A stretch of 64,000 nt of DNA from the human T2T-CHM13v2.0 reference genome, Homo sapiens: NCBI RefSeq assembly GCF_009914755.1, contig NC_060934.1, one strand, 5' to 3'. Each line of letters starts with the position of its first letter. Position 1 is the first letter of the stretch. The notes beneath the pieces were generated by a model. That model was not told the DNA's origin. It ran no database searches and was given only the letters and a program-made list of their open reading frames with translations. Positions 48,460-64,000 of this stretch are shown one piece after another. A program made the translations under genes and the position numbers.

Positions 48460-49565
48460 ATGTACTGAAGTATAACAAACCAACCCAAAACTTAATGGCT
48501 TAAAACATAATATGTTATTTCTCAAAATTCTACAGGTAATTTGGGCTGTTTTGCTGGTTTTCCCTGAGATCACTCATGCAGCTGAGGTCATATGACAATT
48601 TGGCTAGGACTGAAGGATCCAAGAAAACCTTACTCAAATAGCAGTTAATGTTGGCTGTTGGCTGGAGTGGTTCAGTTCTCTTCCATGTGGACTACTATAG
48701 CCTTCTATAGGCTAAACTGGGCTTCTTCACAGCACAGTGGTCCCAGAGTTTCAAGAGTGGTAGCTGAAGGCTTCTAAAAGCCTAACCTCTGAGAATTCAC
48801 ACAATGTCACTTGCACCATATTCTACTGGTCAGGGAAAGTCACAAGTTTAGCTTAGATTCAAGGGGGTGGAGAAATGAGAAAGAGACTCCGTCTCTTGAT
48901 GGGAGTGAGTGGCAACATAACATTGCAAAGGATGTGGACATGACAGCATAATTAAATGGGGATCATTATTATAAAAATCTACTATAAGGCCTAATTTTCT
49001 ACTGCTGTGTATAACACCCATTTATCATATCACATTTTCCATAGATCAGAAGCCTGACATTATTCAACTAGTTCTTTGCTTAGGGTCTCACAAGGCCAAA
49101 ATCAAGGTGTCATCTATGCTGAGTTCTTATTTGCAGGCTCTGGAGAAGAATGTACTCCCAAGCTTATTCAGTTTGTTGGTAGAATTCAGTTCTTTGTGTT
49201 TATAGGTTCCTATAAGGTCCCTGTTTCCTTGCTGGCTCTCAGCAGGGGCTGCTGTTAGCTTCTAGATGCCACCCACATTCCTTGACATGTGGTCCTTCTC
49301 CATATTCAAGCCAGAGATGCTATACTGAATGATTCTTATGTTTCAAATCTGACATCCTTTCTGCCCCCACCACCAGAGAAAACTCTCTGCTTTTAGAAGA
49401 CTTACCTGACTGGGTCAGGTCCACCCAGATAATCTCTGTATTTTAATGTCAACTGATTTGGTATTTTATTTACATCTGCAAAATCATTTTACAGCAGTAC
49501 CTACATTAGTGTTTAATAGATTAATCTTAGGGGAGGGGGCCATCTTTAGAATTCTACCTAGCACA
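48460..49565 (-). mobile_element. Old MLT1 LTR fragments
   Basis: cccaaaacttaatggcttaaaac and related MLT1 motifs. Confidence 0.6.
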
Positions 49566-50975
49566 AAAGATTTCATATTTGAAGTGTCACAAGGTTTCTT
49601 CATTGACTTATTAATTAATTACAAGCATGTTTTCAGTTTCCAAAGGTATATGAGTCTTTTGGGCTTTATTTTGGTTGTTGATTTATAATTTTACTGCCAT
49701 GTGATCTGTATGTATTTGTTGAACCCCTCTTTCTGGTTTTGCATGTGGTCAACCTTTATACATAACTCATTTGTACTTGAAAAGAATATGTGTCCTCTCA
49801 TTGTTAAGTGAAGAGTTCTACATTGGTGTTTGAACTCAAACCTGTTGAATGGGTTATACATCTGTATATATATCCTATTTTTTTTCCTATTTGACTTATC
49901 AATTTCTAAGAGAAGTATATTATGGTCTTCCATACTGGCCCTTTTAGTTTAAAGATGAGGAAATTGAGGCCCAATAAAGTTAGGTGACTTGCCTCAGATC
50001 CTAGAGCTAGTTAGGGGAGAGCTGGGGTAAGAACTCTTTTTATTTGTTTTTCTTCTTTTTTTTCTTTTTTTTTGAGACGAGGTCTCACTCTGTCACCCAG
50101 GTTGGAGTGCAGTGGCACAATCTCAGCACCCTGCAACTTCTGCCTCCCAGGTTCAAGTGATCCTCCCACCCCAACCCTCGAAAGTAGCTGGGACCACAGG
50201 CGCTCCCCACCATTCCTGGCTAATTTTTTGTAGAGGCAGGGTTTTGCCATGTTCCCCAGGCTGGTCTTGAACTCCTGGGCTCAAGTGATCCACCTGCCTC
50301 AGCCTCCCAAATTGCTGGGGTTACAAACGTGAGCCACTACACCCAGCCAGACCTCAGGTATTTTTAAAATGTTGATATTTGGGATATTTACACTAAAGAG
50401 AAAATCTAGTAATTTTTGTTTGGTTCATTTCTCTTATAATAATACTCCCTGCCAATTTGGTGTCATACTGTCCAGTGGAAAACTGAGGGCTACTGTCGTT
50501 ATTCCCAATGTGATCTTAGACTGATACGCAAGTTATTTAAGTCTAACTATGGGAGAGTTATTTTTAATAGGTAAAGCACCTATCATGAACTCCCACATTA
50601 CCCTCCACCCAATATCCCATCTAAATCAAGGACAAGCACCCTCAGCCAGCATTTCAATGGGAAGAAATGATTCAGAAACACTAGTAGAACATCTCCTTCA
50701 TCAATCTGTGACCTAGTTTATGTTGTGATACAATATTGCTCCTATTTTTAGAACTTCCTTTCCAGAGAAACACACCTAAATATATTATTTTTAAGCATGT
50801 TCCAAGTACAGCCTGCCCAGACTTGGCCCTTCCTTTGTCATCAGCATAATGATTACACCTAGAGCTTATCAGATTTCAGCTACCATGCATTAATGGCCAT
50901 CTGCTGCCCCTTGCTTACTTGACCCCTCACCTCTGTGCCCTAAAAGGGCATTGTGTAAGGATAATAAACACTCAC

Positions 50976-51077
50976 TTTCAGGCAGACCAGAGCCAGATAT
51001 GCCCATACTTCAGCATTGTAGTTGTTCAATGCATTGGCTTCAGAAAGAGCATCCTCAGCCTCTGTGAGCTCCTCCAG
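50976..51077 (-). CDS. CFAP70: CFAP70 TPR exon ([34 protein letters not shown])
   Basis: TPR-like pattern, aag acceptor, gtgagt donor. Confidence 0.9.
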
Positions 51078-51731
51078 CTTGACAGAAAAATGAGACATGT
51101 GAGTTAGCTTAGCTGAAACCACTATGTCCCAATAATACTGGTGTATATGACCTATACCAATGGTTTTCAACTTTTTAATATTTTTAGCATCAGAACTCTT
51201 TTCTTCAAAGGAAATCTTATGTGGTGGTTCAATATATGAACCAATTAAAAGTAGAAGAGCTCTGATTAAAAAGCCAGGTCGGGGATTCTGAAGCCCTGCC
51301 TAGTAAGCTCTTAACTTATACCCCTTTCTTCCTTCCCTCTACAGCGGTCCCATCAGGACATCTATAAACCATGGAGTTTCAGGTGCAAGGTTGGAAATCC
51401 ACAGGAACTCACTCTCATGTGTGCATCATTCAGTGATTTCTCCACACACAGTGGGCTGTCAGATACATTTATAGTTTTTTTTCTTTACATTGTGCATCCT
51501 TTTCTTGAGGTAAAAATCTGATTTGCCTGTTGAAATACTATTGTCCAGAAAGCTTTCTTTCCCCTAGTATCAGTTATTAACAGCCCAATCCCGAGCAATC
51601 AATGCAGTATTCAGAAACTCTAGGGTGCACTCTGGGCTCTGGGCACGTGGAAATTGTTGCTGCTTCCTAAAACTGTGAGTTTGCTTTGTTGCTTTGTAAA
51701 ACATTCCAAAAGGCTCTCCCTTCCCCAGTAA

Positions 51732-52280
<549 letters not shown>

Positions 52281-52451
52281 TAATGGGTTTCTAGGCCAAA
52301 GACAAGAGATGGCCTTTCACCCACACCCATACTTTGGCCCACACTTTGAAGTCTCTGAGACATTGATTCATTATTTAATCAACCTACATTTGCCAAGGAT
52401 TTGCTCTGTGTCAGGCAGTATGCTAGATGCTGGGAGTAAAAAAATAAAATC

Positions 52452-53785
<1,334 letters not shown>

Positions 53786-54344
53786 GTGAGTAAGCTATTC
53801 AAAGAAAGGGAGAGACATGGAGTCAATAATATGCCTGAAGAAATTAGGCAGGAACAAGAGGATGTTTGCCTCTTTGAAGACTGGAGGAAATGAGGGAAGG
53901 TTAAGTAAAGAGTTTTTAGGAGAAGCAGAGCAAAAGCTTCTGCCAGAAGTTACAGCAACTCCTCCTGCATATCAAAGGGTCACAGTGCTTAGTAAGTGTC
54001 AATCAATTTCTTTAATTGACTTGAATAGATTCTTCATCTCCCATATCACCTTTTTCTTACAGATAATATCACAAAGGAGTGTCTATACCAAATAACATGA
54101 ATTTTTTTTATTATGTAGCTTCTTGGTTCAGGTTTTTCTGGGATTTTTTAAAAAGATCTTTTATTTTTCTAGCTAGTTAAGTGACCTTCAGTTCACTGAA
54201 CACCTTTGAAGAACAACTTTTCATTACAGCAGACAGCCCTGATTGCTATTCCAATGTCATCACAAACCCCCAGGATGCTTGGAAGGCCAAGGAATCAAGG
54301 TCAGCTGTATCCACAGCCCTAGTCTCAAGCCTTCATCCTCTTAC

Positions 54345-54434
54345 CCGATAGCAGGCGATTCCCAGTCCTAGCCAGGTAAGGCATGAAGGTGATCTCTTAC
54401 AGGCTTGCATATAGGTTTTCTTTGCCTTTTCATA
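54345..54434 (-). CDS. CFAP70: CFAP70 TPR exon ([30 protein letters not shown])
   Basis: TPR consensus W..LG..Y, AG/GT boundaries, 90 nt. Confidence 0.9.
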
Positions 54435-55849
54435 CTGTAGAAAGAAAGCACCACTAAGCTACTGTTCTAGAAGCTTCAAACCCCATATTGCTGGGATGAT
54501 CATGGGATCTCTGATAATTGCTCTCCAGAACAATCTAAGTTAAGCAAGTCCTTTAATTGTACTTTGACGTCTACCTTAAGGGAGTTATCGCAAGAAGATT
54601 GGTGAGAGGAGATGGATAGATCACATGAAAGAGCAGACTTTCACTTGGAAGTAGTTCCAAAGACATTTATAGTCTCTGTAAGAGTTGAGGCAAGGAGTTA
54701 CACTGAAAGTGGGGGCAACCATCATGATTATCTGAATTCCACCTCCACTTCATGGATTACTCCCTTTCACTTAAATGCAACATCATGTGGTGGCATGACA
54801 AACATACAATCTCTGGACTAAAAGGTATACTTGATACAGCCTCATCATTTTACACCTTTGTTGTAAAAGATCTTAGAATTTTAGAAAAACTCAGAAGACA
54901 AACTTTCAAAGGACATAGCCCTGAAGGGACAATTTCTTGTCCTGTATCTCCAACATGAGATACATCTATAGCTGAGCCTCAGCAAACAGCCTAAGACCTG
55001 CTTGCCCGGGGTCTGCCTAAGTCAGCAGTGCTCTGAAGATGCAGCTTTCAATGACATCAGAAAGAAAACTTCTCCTTATATACTTCACTACAGTGGGATA
55101 GGGATTTCTCTCAAGCCTATGTGAGCTTTCCACTTAACATCATACAGCATCGTAATTTCTTGTTGCTGTTGCTGTTTTATATTAAATAAAAAGACAACTG
55201 GGTGTTCTGACGGGAAAAATAGAATAAAGTCAAAACAAAAGCAGGGGAGTCAAAAGGCCTTTGGCAGAATGTTGATAATTGTTATAGTGAGATGATGGGT
55301 CCATGGTGTTTCATTCTACTATTCTGTTTGCTTTGTATGTACTGAAATTTTCCATAAAAGAAAGGTTTTGTTTTTCCAAAGAACTCGGAATATTTCCCAA
55401 AATATGGGGAGGGACTGCTTCCATGGTCAGGTCAGAGCGCCCTATGGAATGGGGTTAGCCTCAACCAGATTAAATATAACCCTTTGTGTTTAGGAGAAAG
55501 TTTGGAGAGAAGTCCTTTTGAAGCCCATGATACCTTCTGTTAAGTAAGTCAAGCTAAGGATGTTTCTACTACTGTGAATACAATTTTAGCTAGCATAACA
55601 TTTACTGAGTTCTTAAGAACTGTTTAGTAGCATAATGGTTAAAATCACAGACTCTCGTTTCAGCCTGCCTGAGTTTGAATGCTGCTTCCACTAATTACTG
55701 GTTGTCTGATGTTGGGCAAGTCACTTTACCTTTGGATGTAAAAGTGTCATTATTATATTACTAGTTTTAGTCCACACAGATAGATGTTAATGCTTGAATT
55801 ACAATTAGTTCCCAGACCACGGGGTTATTCCCCATTCTCTACCCCTCAC

Positions 55850-56011
55850 CTCTTTCTCTTCCAGATAGATGAGCCCCAGTCTCAGGAAGATGAAGTGCAT
55901 CTCAGAAGCATCCACTACAAAGCTAATGGTTCGTTCATAGCATGCCTTGGCCTCAGAATGATTTCCACTCAGAAAATAGAGATGGCCCTTCAGGCCCCAG
56001 ACATTGGGGTT
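55850..56011 (-). CDS. CFAP70: CFAP70 TPR exon ([30 protein letters not shown]...[10 protein letters not shown])
   Basis: Inside ORF 55805..56086; AG/GT boundaries, 162 nt. Confidence 0.92.
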
Positions 56012-56334
56012 CTGGGAAAGTGAAAAGCAAGTAGTATATGGGATAAGGTAGTATTTAAAAGTACCTTGATGATCTTTGTTTAACATTTAAATTTAGATAG
56101 ATTGTCCATTTCCTTTCTCTTTTCTTTTTCAGATCAACCGTTTTCTTTTTCTAAGAGCACTCAGAAACATAACCATTTAATTGTACAAGGAGACATTTTT
56201 CTAGCTCTGCCCTCAGATTTCTTTCTTGCATTCTTCAAAGCCATTTTGGGTGTGGAGTAAATATTAAGAAAAACATTCAAGCATAACCCCAATACTGTTC
56301 ACATGAGAAAATATAAGAAATCTAGAAAAATTGA

Positions 56335-56695
<361 letters not shown>

Positions 56696-56862
56696 AACTC
56701 ATGATTACTTAAGAAAAGCAAATGGAAGGGTATAGAGAGATGAGTTTACTGACAGCTGATGACCACCCTTCTGTTCACCAGAAATCTACGTGTGATATGG
56801 CATCACCACCTTTAAATAAAGCCCCTTCTCCAGACTCAAGAGGCTTTAGCAAAAGTCATTAC

Positions 56863-57015
56863 CAGGTAGTCCATCTGGGCTGCTTGTTGAAGGTATTCCT
56901 CTGCCTTGGCAAAGTTCTTCTTAAGAATGTGTGTTTGGGCCAGCACCAAGTAATATTCACAGCTGGGGCCTCCTTGAGGGCATAACAGCTCATGTGCAAG
57001 CACTCTGTGCACATA
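56863..57015 (-). CDS. CFAP70: CFAP70 exon ([51 protein letters not shown])
   Basis: Inside ORF 56836..57021; AG/GT boundaries, 153 nt. Confidence 0.92.
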
Positions 57016-58656
57016 CTGCAAGGATAATCAGATTATAAGCAACATATAAATGGCTGCATTGCGTCTTTTTCGGTTGAAGGATTCTGTCTCTGATAATAAA
57101 TAATACGAAATGTATTACAGAATGAAATAATTATCCTCAACTTCAAAAGGTAAAGGGTGAATTACAAACATTCTGCACTTCATAGTTCCATTACCAGCTA
57201 TTCACCTAGTCACCAAATGAAGACATTACCAAGTGAATAACTTGCAATATTGTACAATTCTGGTCTTGCTGGTCATCATACTAGGTGAGTGTTAGACTGC
57301 ATGTATTATGCAGCAGACAAAGGCACATCATCAACCACCCCATTTACAAAGGAGGTAACATTTTCAGGCAGCTGACATTGTAAGGAAACTTAAGTGAGGT
57401 AAAACTGCCTTTCTAACAATCTAGACTTGAAATCTTAGAAACATAAATGTCTGTTTTGGATCCACCTCCAAACATTGGTTATGTTTACCAGTTTTGTAGT
57501 TTGGGTCAATTTTTGTATTTTGTTTTTTTTTTTTTCTTTTTTTAGAGACAGGGTCTTACTCTGTCACCCAGGGCTGCTTACTGCAGCCTTCTGGCCTCAA
57601 GCAATCCTCCTGCCTTGGCTTCCCAAAAGTGCTGGAATTATAGGGGTGAGCCCCATGCCTGGCCAAATCTTTGCTTTTTACACTTTATAAGACCTACAAA
57701 ATTAACAAAGTTAGATATACTTCTTAAGTCGAGGGTAAATCCTTCTTTTCATCTCCCACTGTTCCCATCTCAGCCTATAATGTAGAAAATTCTACATTAT
57801 ACTTACACCTTTTTAGGAGAATACTAGAGGGAACAGCTGCAGCTATTTTTTCCACCTGCCTTCTGGGTCTCTGACCTGGGGGAGCTAATGACTTATTTAG
57901 CTGTGGAAGAAGAGAGTCTGTTTCTATTTTGCGGAGGGTTAATGTGTTAAAGCCTCCTGCTTAATGTGGCTCAATCCCACCCAGTTAATAATTCTTGCCC
58001 TTTCTTGAGCTTGCCTGCCCTTGAGTAGGGCATGCACTTGGCAGGATCAAAACCAAACACTCCTGGCTCCTGAGTCTTGATCTCTCCTACTGCTTGCTCA
58101 TGAATATGCTTCTTTCTTCCCATGTAATAGGCAGACTTCCTAGAATGCTCTTCTTCTCTGAGAGGAGGCTTCAATTCTTCAGCTGCTCTACCTGTGACTG
58201 CATGGGTAAGTCAAATGTGGGGCTAGTTATGTTGTCCAGCCAAGTTTTACCAATAAAAATAAGCTAATATTTTTATTCCCCCACATAGTACTGTGTATGT
58301 TTCTAGTTGGATCTAACCTAGAAGGGAAGAAGGGAATGATTTGGCTCCTGTGAACCCCCAACACTCACAAAATGAATTCCCATAATAAAGTGATATCAGG
58401 CAACATATGCCTTTAGAGTCTGATTTAGCTCTGTTGGTATTCTACAGGGAGCAGAACTTGCAGCGAGGTCTTCTGCTGCCATGTGCAAAGAGTGGTTCAT
58501 GTTTGGATGTTCTTTCCATTGGGCTTAAAGTATGCTCTCAAAAGCATATTTGATTTCTGTTTCACAAATATGGAAGCTTGAAAGATACCATTATGGATAG
58601 AATAAAGAGTTTGCTAAAATCTTTCCATCTACTTGCCCTTTTCCAAATACTCTGAC

Positions 58657-58778
58657 CTGCACAGCCTTGACTTTCATCAAGAAATGTATGGTCTCCATGA
58701 AGATGGTGGTAGTTTGAGAAACACCATAATGAAGGCCGGGATGCAGAAGAGCTGATGAATCTTGACATTTTGATGCTT
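58657..58778 (-). CDS. CFAP70: CFAP70 exon ([41 protein letters not shown])
   Basis: ttttcag acceptor, CAG/gtcaga donor, phase 1 in / 0 out. Confidence 0.88.
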
Positions 58779-58849
58779 CTGAAAATATTACATTAAAAGG
58801 ATTGAAGATTGGATATAACAGAAAAAGTGTCAGAAATTCAGACACATTC

Positions 58850-59151
<302 letters not shown>

Positions 59152-59595
59152 CTATTCACTTGGCAGGGAGAGTCTTCTTATCTAATACATGAGAGGGATC
59201 ATAATCTAGAAAGCAATTGACTGCTCTCTAGCAATGGTCCCCAAAAAGGAGCACTCAAAGGTTCTCAAGGTAAATCTACTTGTGGTTCCAAATGCAAGTA
59301 CAACCAAATAAAAAGGTTTAAAAAGGTATTCAGATCTTCTTGAATGTGAAACACAGTTTGTAGATGTTTTTTAAAAACGAAGAACTGTTAGGAAATCATA
59401 GATCTGTAGTTGGCTACTTCTGTGAGCTAAATATAAAATCCTTGCTTACTGAGAGAGTTACACCATTGAGTTTGGATTTCAGAGCCTGGTTATCAACTTC
59501 AAACAAGTCAGGATTGCCATTTCATCATCGTAAGAGTCTTCATCCTTGTCTAGCTTATGCCCCTCTTCCAAGTGGAAATCTTTATTTCTAGTTAC

Positions 59596-59754
59596 CTTTC
59601 TTTGTTGGTATCTCCTTGATAAATGTGTTAGATGGTTTTTGGCTTATACTTGGATCCCAAGTTTGTGTAGTCAAAATGGGTTCTTGTGAATCAGACTGCA
59701 GTTTGGAGGATTCTTCAAGAAATTTGTCTAGAATAGATAATGCAGCTCCTGGTC
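59596..59754 (-). CDS. CFAP70: CFAP70 exon (GPGAALSILDKFLEESSKLQSDSQEPILTTQTWDPSISQKPSNTFIKEIPTKK)
   Basis: 159 nt open frame, phase 1/1, AG/GT boundaries. Confidence 0.86.
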
Positions 59755-60025
59755 CTAAATAGATTACATTTTAATGAAAAATAAAACTTCTTACATTGGG
59801 TGTTTAAAGGTTATTGTAAGAGATACATTTTGCAAAGCATAAGAAACATATTCCCTAAATATTTCATGAAGGACAGACTTGTTTGGTAGACTTGTTTATA
59901 TTTTTTAATAATTTAAAGAGTATAAGCTAAACTGACAAAACAGTTTCTGTCACTGTGACTCCCCAGTACAACCATGCTGCTAGTCCAAGTCATAATATCA
60001 AACAGATCCCTATTTTAAGTTATTA

Positions 60026-60584
<559 letters not shown>

Positions 60585-60659
60585 AAATGGCATGTAACAA
60601 AATATCACTCCATAAATACGTACAAATACTATATATCAATTAAAAAAATAAGAGGTTGG

Positions 60660-61323
<664 letters not shown>

Positions 61324-61582
61324 TTATTGGAAAGCCATGTAAGTATATGAAAAAAAAAAGAAAAAACTTACCAGTTTTCTCAAGTGGTTACACCATTTTG
61401 CATTCTCACCAGGAATGTTTGAGAGTTCCAGCTACTCCACATCCTTGTTATAAATTTGTCTTATCAATCTTTTTAATTTTAGCTATCCCGGTGATAAATT
61501 ACACTGATTTTCAAATGTGAAACTGATCTTACAACCCTGCTTAAATATATCTTTTCTATATGTTGCTGAAATTGATTGGCTA

Positions 61583-61723
<141 letters not shown>

Positions 61724-61769
61724 TTAAAAAAGAATAATAATAATAAAATTAAATAAATAAATAAGTATT

Positions 61770-62580
61770 GTGTCTAGGCTTATGAAAGTTATTTGTATGT
61801 ACTCTTCTTTCTTTGGGATGGCTTTGTCTGGTTTTGATACCAGGGTGATTACTGTTCTCAAATTATGAGTTTGTAAGTGTTCTCTTTTTCTCTATTTTTT
61901 GAACATGTGGTATGATTGGAATTATTTCTTCCTTAAATATTTAATAGAATACACTAATAAAGCCTTTTGGGCCTGAAGTTTTCTTTGTGAGAGGTTTTTA
62001 TTACCCATTTAACCTCCTTAGGAGATATAGGGCTATTCAGATTGTTTCTTCCTGAGTACATTTTGTTAGTTTATGTCTGTCAAGGTATTCATACATTTCA
62101 TTTAAGTTGTTAAATTTGTTGGCATTAAGTTGTTAATAACTTCTCCTTATTAACTTTTTAATATTTATAAGATTTTCAGTGATGTCCTCTCTCTCATTTG
62201 TGATATTGGTAATGTGACTTCTTTTTTTCCCTGATCAGATTTATCTGTTTCATTGATCTTCTGAAAGAAACAGCTATTGGTTTCATTGATTGTCTCTATT
62301 TTTGTCTGTTTTCTATTTCACTGATTTCTATTCTGGGCTATTATTTCCTTCCTTTTACTTATTTTGGGTTTAATTTGATTTTCTTGTTCTAGCTTCTTAA
62401 GGTAGAATCTTAGATCATTGATTTTAGACTTCTCTTATTTTCCAATATAAGCATTTACAGCTATAAACTTCTCTCTAGAAAATAATTTAGCTAATTCCAC
62501 ACATTTTGCTTTGTTTTGCTATCATTATCATTAAGTTCAAACTATTTTCTAATATCCTTTGTGATTTCTTCTTTGACCTG
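61770..62580 (-). mobile_element. Old L1M ORF2 fragment
   Basis: Reverse-complement L1 ORF2 motifs (ggttttgataccagggt, tttgggcctgaagttttcttt). Confidence 0.7.
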
Positions 62581-62924
62581 TGGGTTGATTATTTATTTAT
62601 TTAGATCTGTATGTATTTATTTATTGAGACAGACTCTCACTGTCACCCAGGCTGGAGTGCAGTGGCACAATCATGGCTCACTGCAGCCTCAACCTCCCAG
62701 GCTCACGTGATCCTCCCACGTGAGCCTCCCTAGTAGCCGGGACTACAGACATGCCACCACACCTGGCTATTTTTTTTTTTTTTAATTTTTGTAGAGATAG
62801 AGTTTTGCCATTTTGTGCAGGCTGGTCTCAAACTCCTGGCCTCAAGTGATCTGCCTGCCTTGGAGACCTGTGAGTTATTTAGAAGTGTATATTTCCAAAT
62901 ACTTGAAGTTTTCCTATATATCTA

Positions 62925-63060
62925 GTGATGAGATGGTAAATGTTTAACTGCTGGCTGTCAGGGGTGTGGGTGGAGCCTGGTTTGCTGATTTCCATGACGT
63001 AAATTCTCCTACCATGGCCAATTTCAAACTACCGATGTTATGTCATTGAATATAGAGTTT
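62925..63060 (+). mobile_element. MER63-like hAT fragment, truncated
   Basis: tggtaaatgtttaac...ctaccatggccaatttcaaactacc motifs. Confidence 0.6.
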
Positions 63061-63379
63061 CAATCCCATTACTGGGTATATATCCAAAATAAAACAAATC
63101 TTTCTACCAAAAGGACACATGTGATTGCAATATTCACAGTAGTAAAGACATGGAATCTAGCTAAGGTGCCCATCAATGGTGGTCTGGATAAAGAAAATGC
63201 AGTACATATACACCAAGGAGTACTGCGCAGCACAAAAAAGAACAAAATCATGTCTTTTGCAGCAACACGGATGCAGCTGGAGGCCATTATCCTAAGTGAA
63301 TTAATGCAGGAACAGAAAACCAAATACTGCAAGTTCTCACTTATAAATGGAAGCTAAACACTGGGTACTTGTGGACATA
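63061..63379 (+). mobile_element. L1 ORF2-end/3'UTR fragment without poly-A
   Basis: caatcccattactgggtatatatccaa...IMSFAAT.MQLEAIILSE. Confidence 0.85.
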
Positions 63380-64000
63380 CCGACGTGATTCTAGTGAAAG
63401 AGAAGGTGGGGAAAAGGGGCTGACTGGGTTCTCCCCCAGCTCCTCCTAATGAAAAGAAATAAAAAGAAGCCAGGGATCCCCCAAAGCCAAATAAGCTCAT
63501 GGATCAACTCATCCATATTGAGGCTGGGGAAGGCTGGGGAAGGCTGGGGAAGGCTGGAGAACGAAGCAGCCATGCGGATGGCCTGAGCCACATGCAGAGA
63601 GGAGGAGCGGAGGGGAGGATTGGGCAGCTGGCCTGGCTAGCTATCGGGGTGGAGGGGCAAGGCCAGGGCCAGCTTACCCTGAAAATCCCCCTCACACATA
63701 TCCAAAACTGCACCACTCATGTCACACAGCTGCAAGAACACAATGACAGGATTCAGAGAAAGGAATGAACATCACAAAACATGAATGTCACACACACAAA
63801 AAAAAAAACTATGCCAATATCATAGTCCCAGGCGGGCCACACCAAACCATGATGGATTCTACACTGGCTTAGAGATCTGAATGTATGGTACAAAACAACA
63901 GTCTGCTGCCAAAAGGACATTAAAACAGGGTCTGCATGGGGCTCCCTGTAACTGGGATTACAGGTGTGCACCACCACACCCGCCTAATTTTTGTATTTTC

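Overview
Human genomic DNA, Alu/L1-rich, recognisable as the chr10q22 FAM149B1-DNAJC9-MRPS16-CFAP70 locus. + strand: the last 7 coding exons and 3'UTR of FAM149B1 (9440-22399). - strand: complete DNAJC9 (5 exons, 260 aa), complete MRPS16 (3 exons, 137 aa) and the last 8 coding exons of CFAP70/TTC18. I placed all exons by hand using GT-AG boundaries and phase continuity. Two CpG-island promoters lie at about 28.2-28.9 kb and 33.7-34.4 kb. Antisense (+ strand) splice signals fit the DNAJC9-AS1 lncRNA. The rest is mostly interspersed repeats (Alu, L1, L2, MIR, MaLR, a MER11 solo LTR, Tigger/MER DNA transposons); subfamily calls are from memory of consensus sequences and repeat boundaries are approximate. 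I cannot establish a new biological system. The best leads are: (1) cryptic exons between MRPS16 and DNAJC9, one of which could give an HPD-less DNAJC9 with an Arg-rich, presequence-like N-terminus; (2) a U6/L1 chimeric retrocopy with degenerate TSDs and a possible 3' transduction; (3) a foreign-looking, exon-bearing insert at 63.4-63.9 kb; (4) an inverted Alu pair in the long MRPS16 3'UTR; (5) overlapping convergent 3'UTRs of FAM149B1 and DNAJC9.
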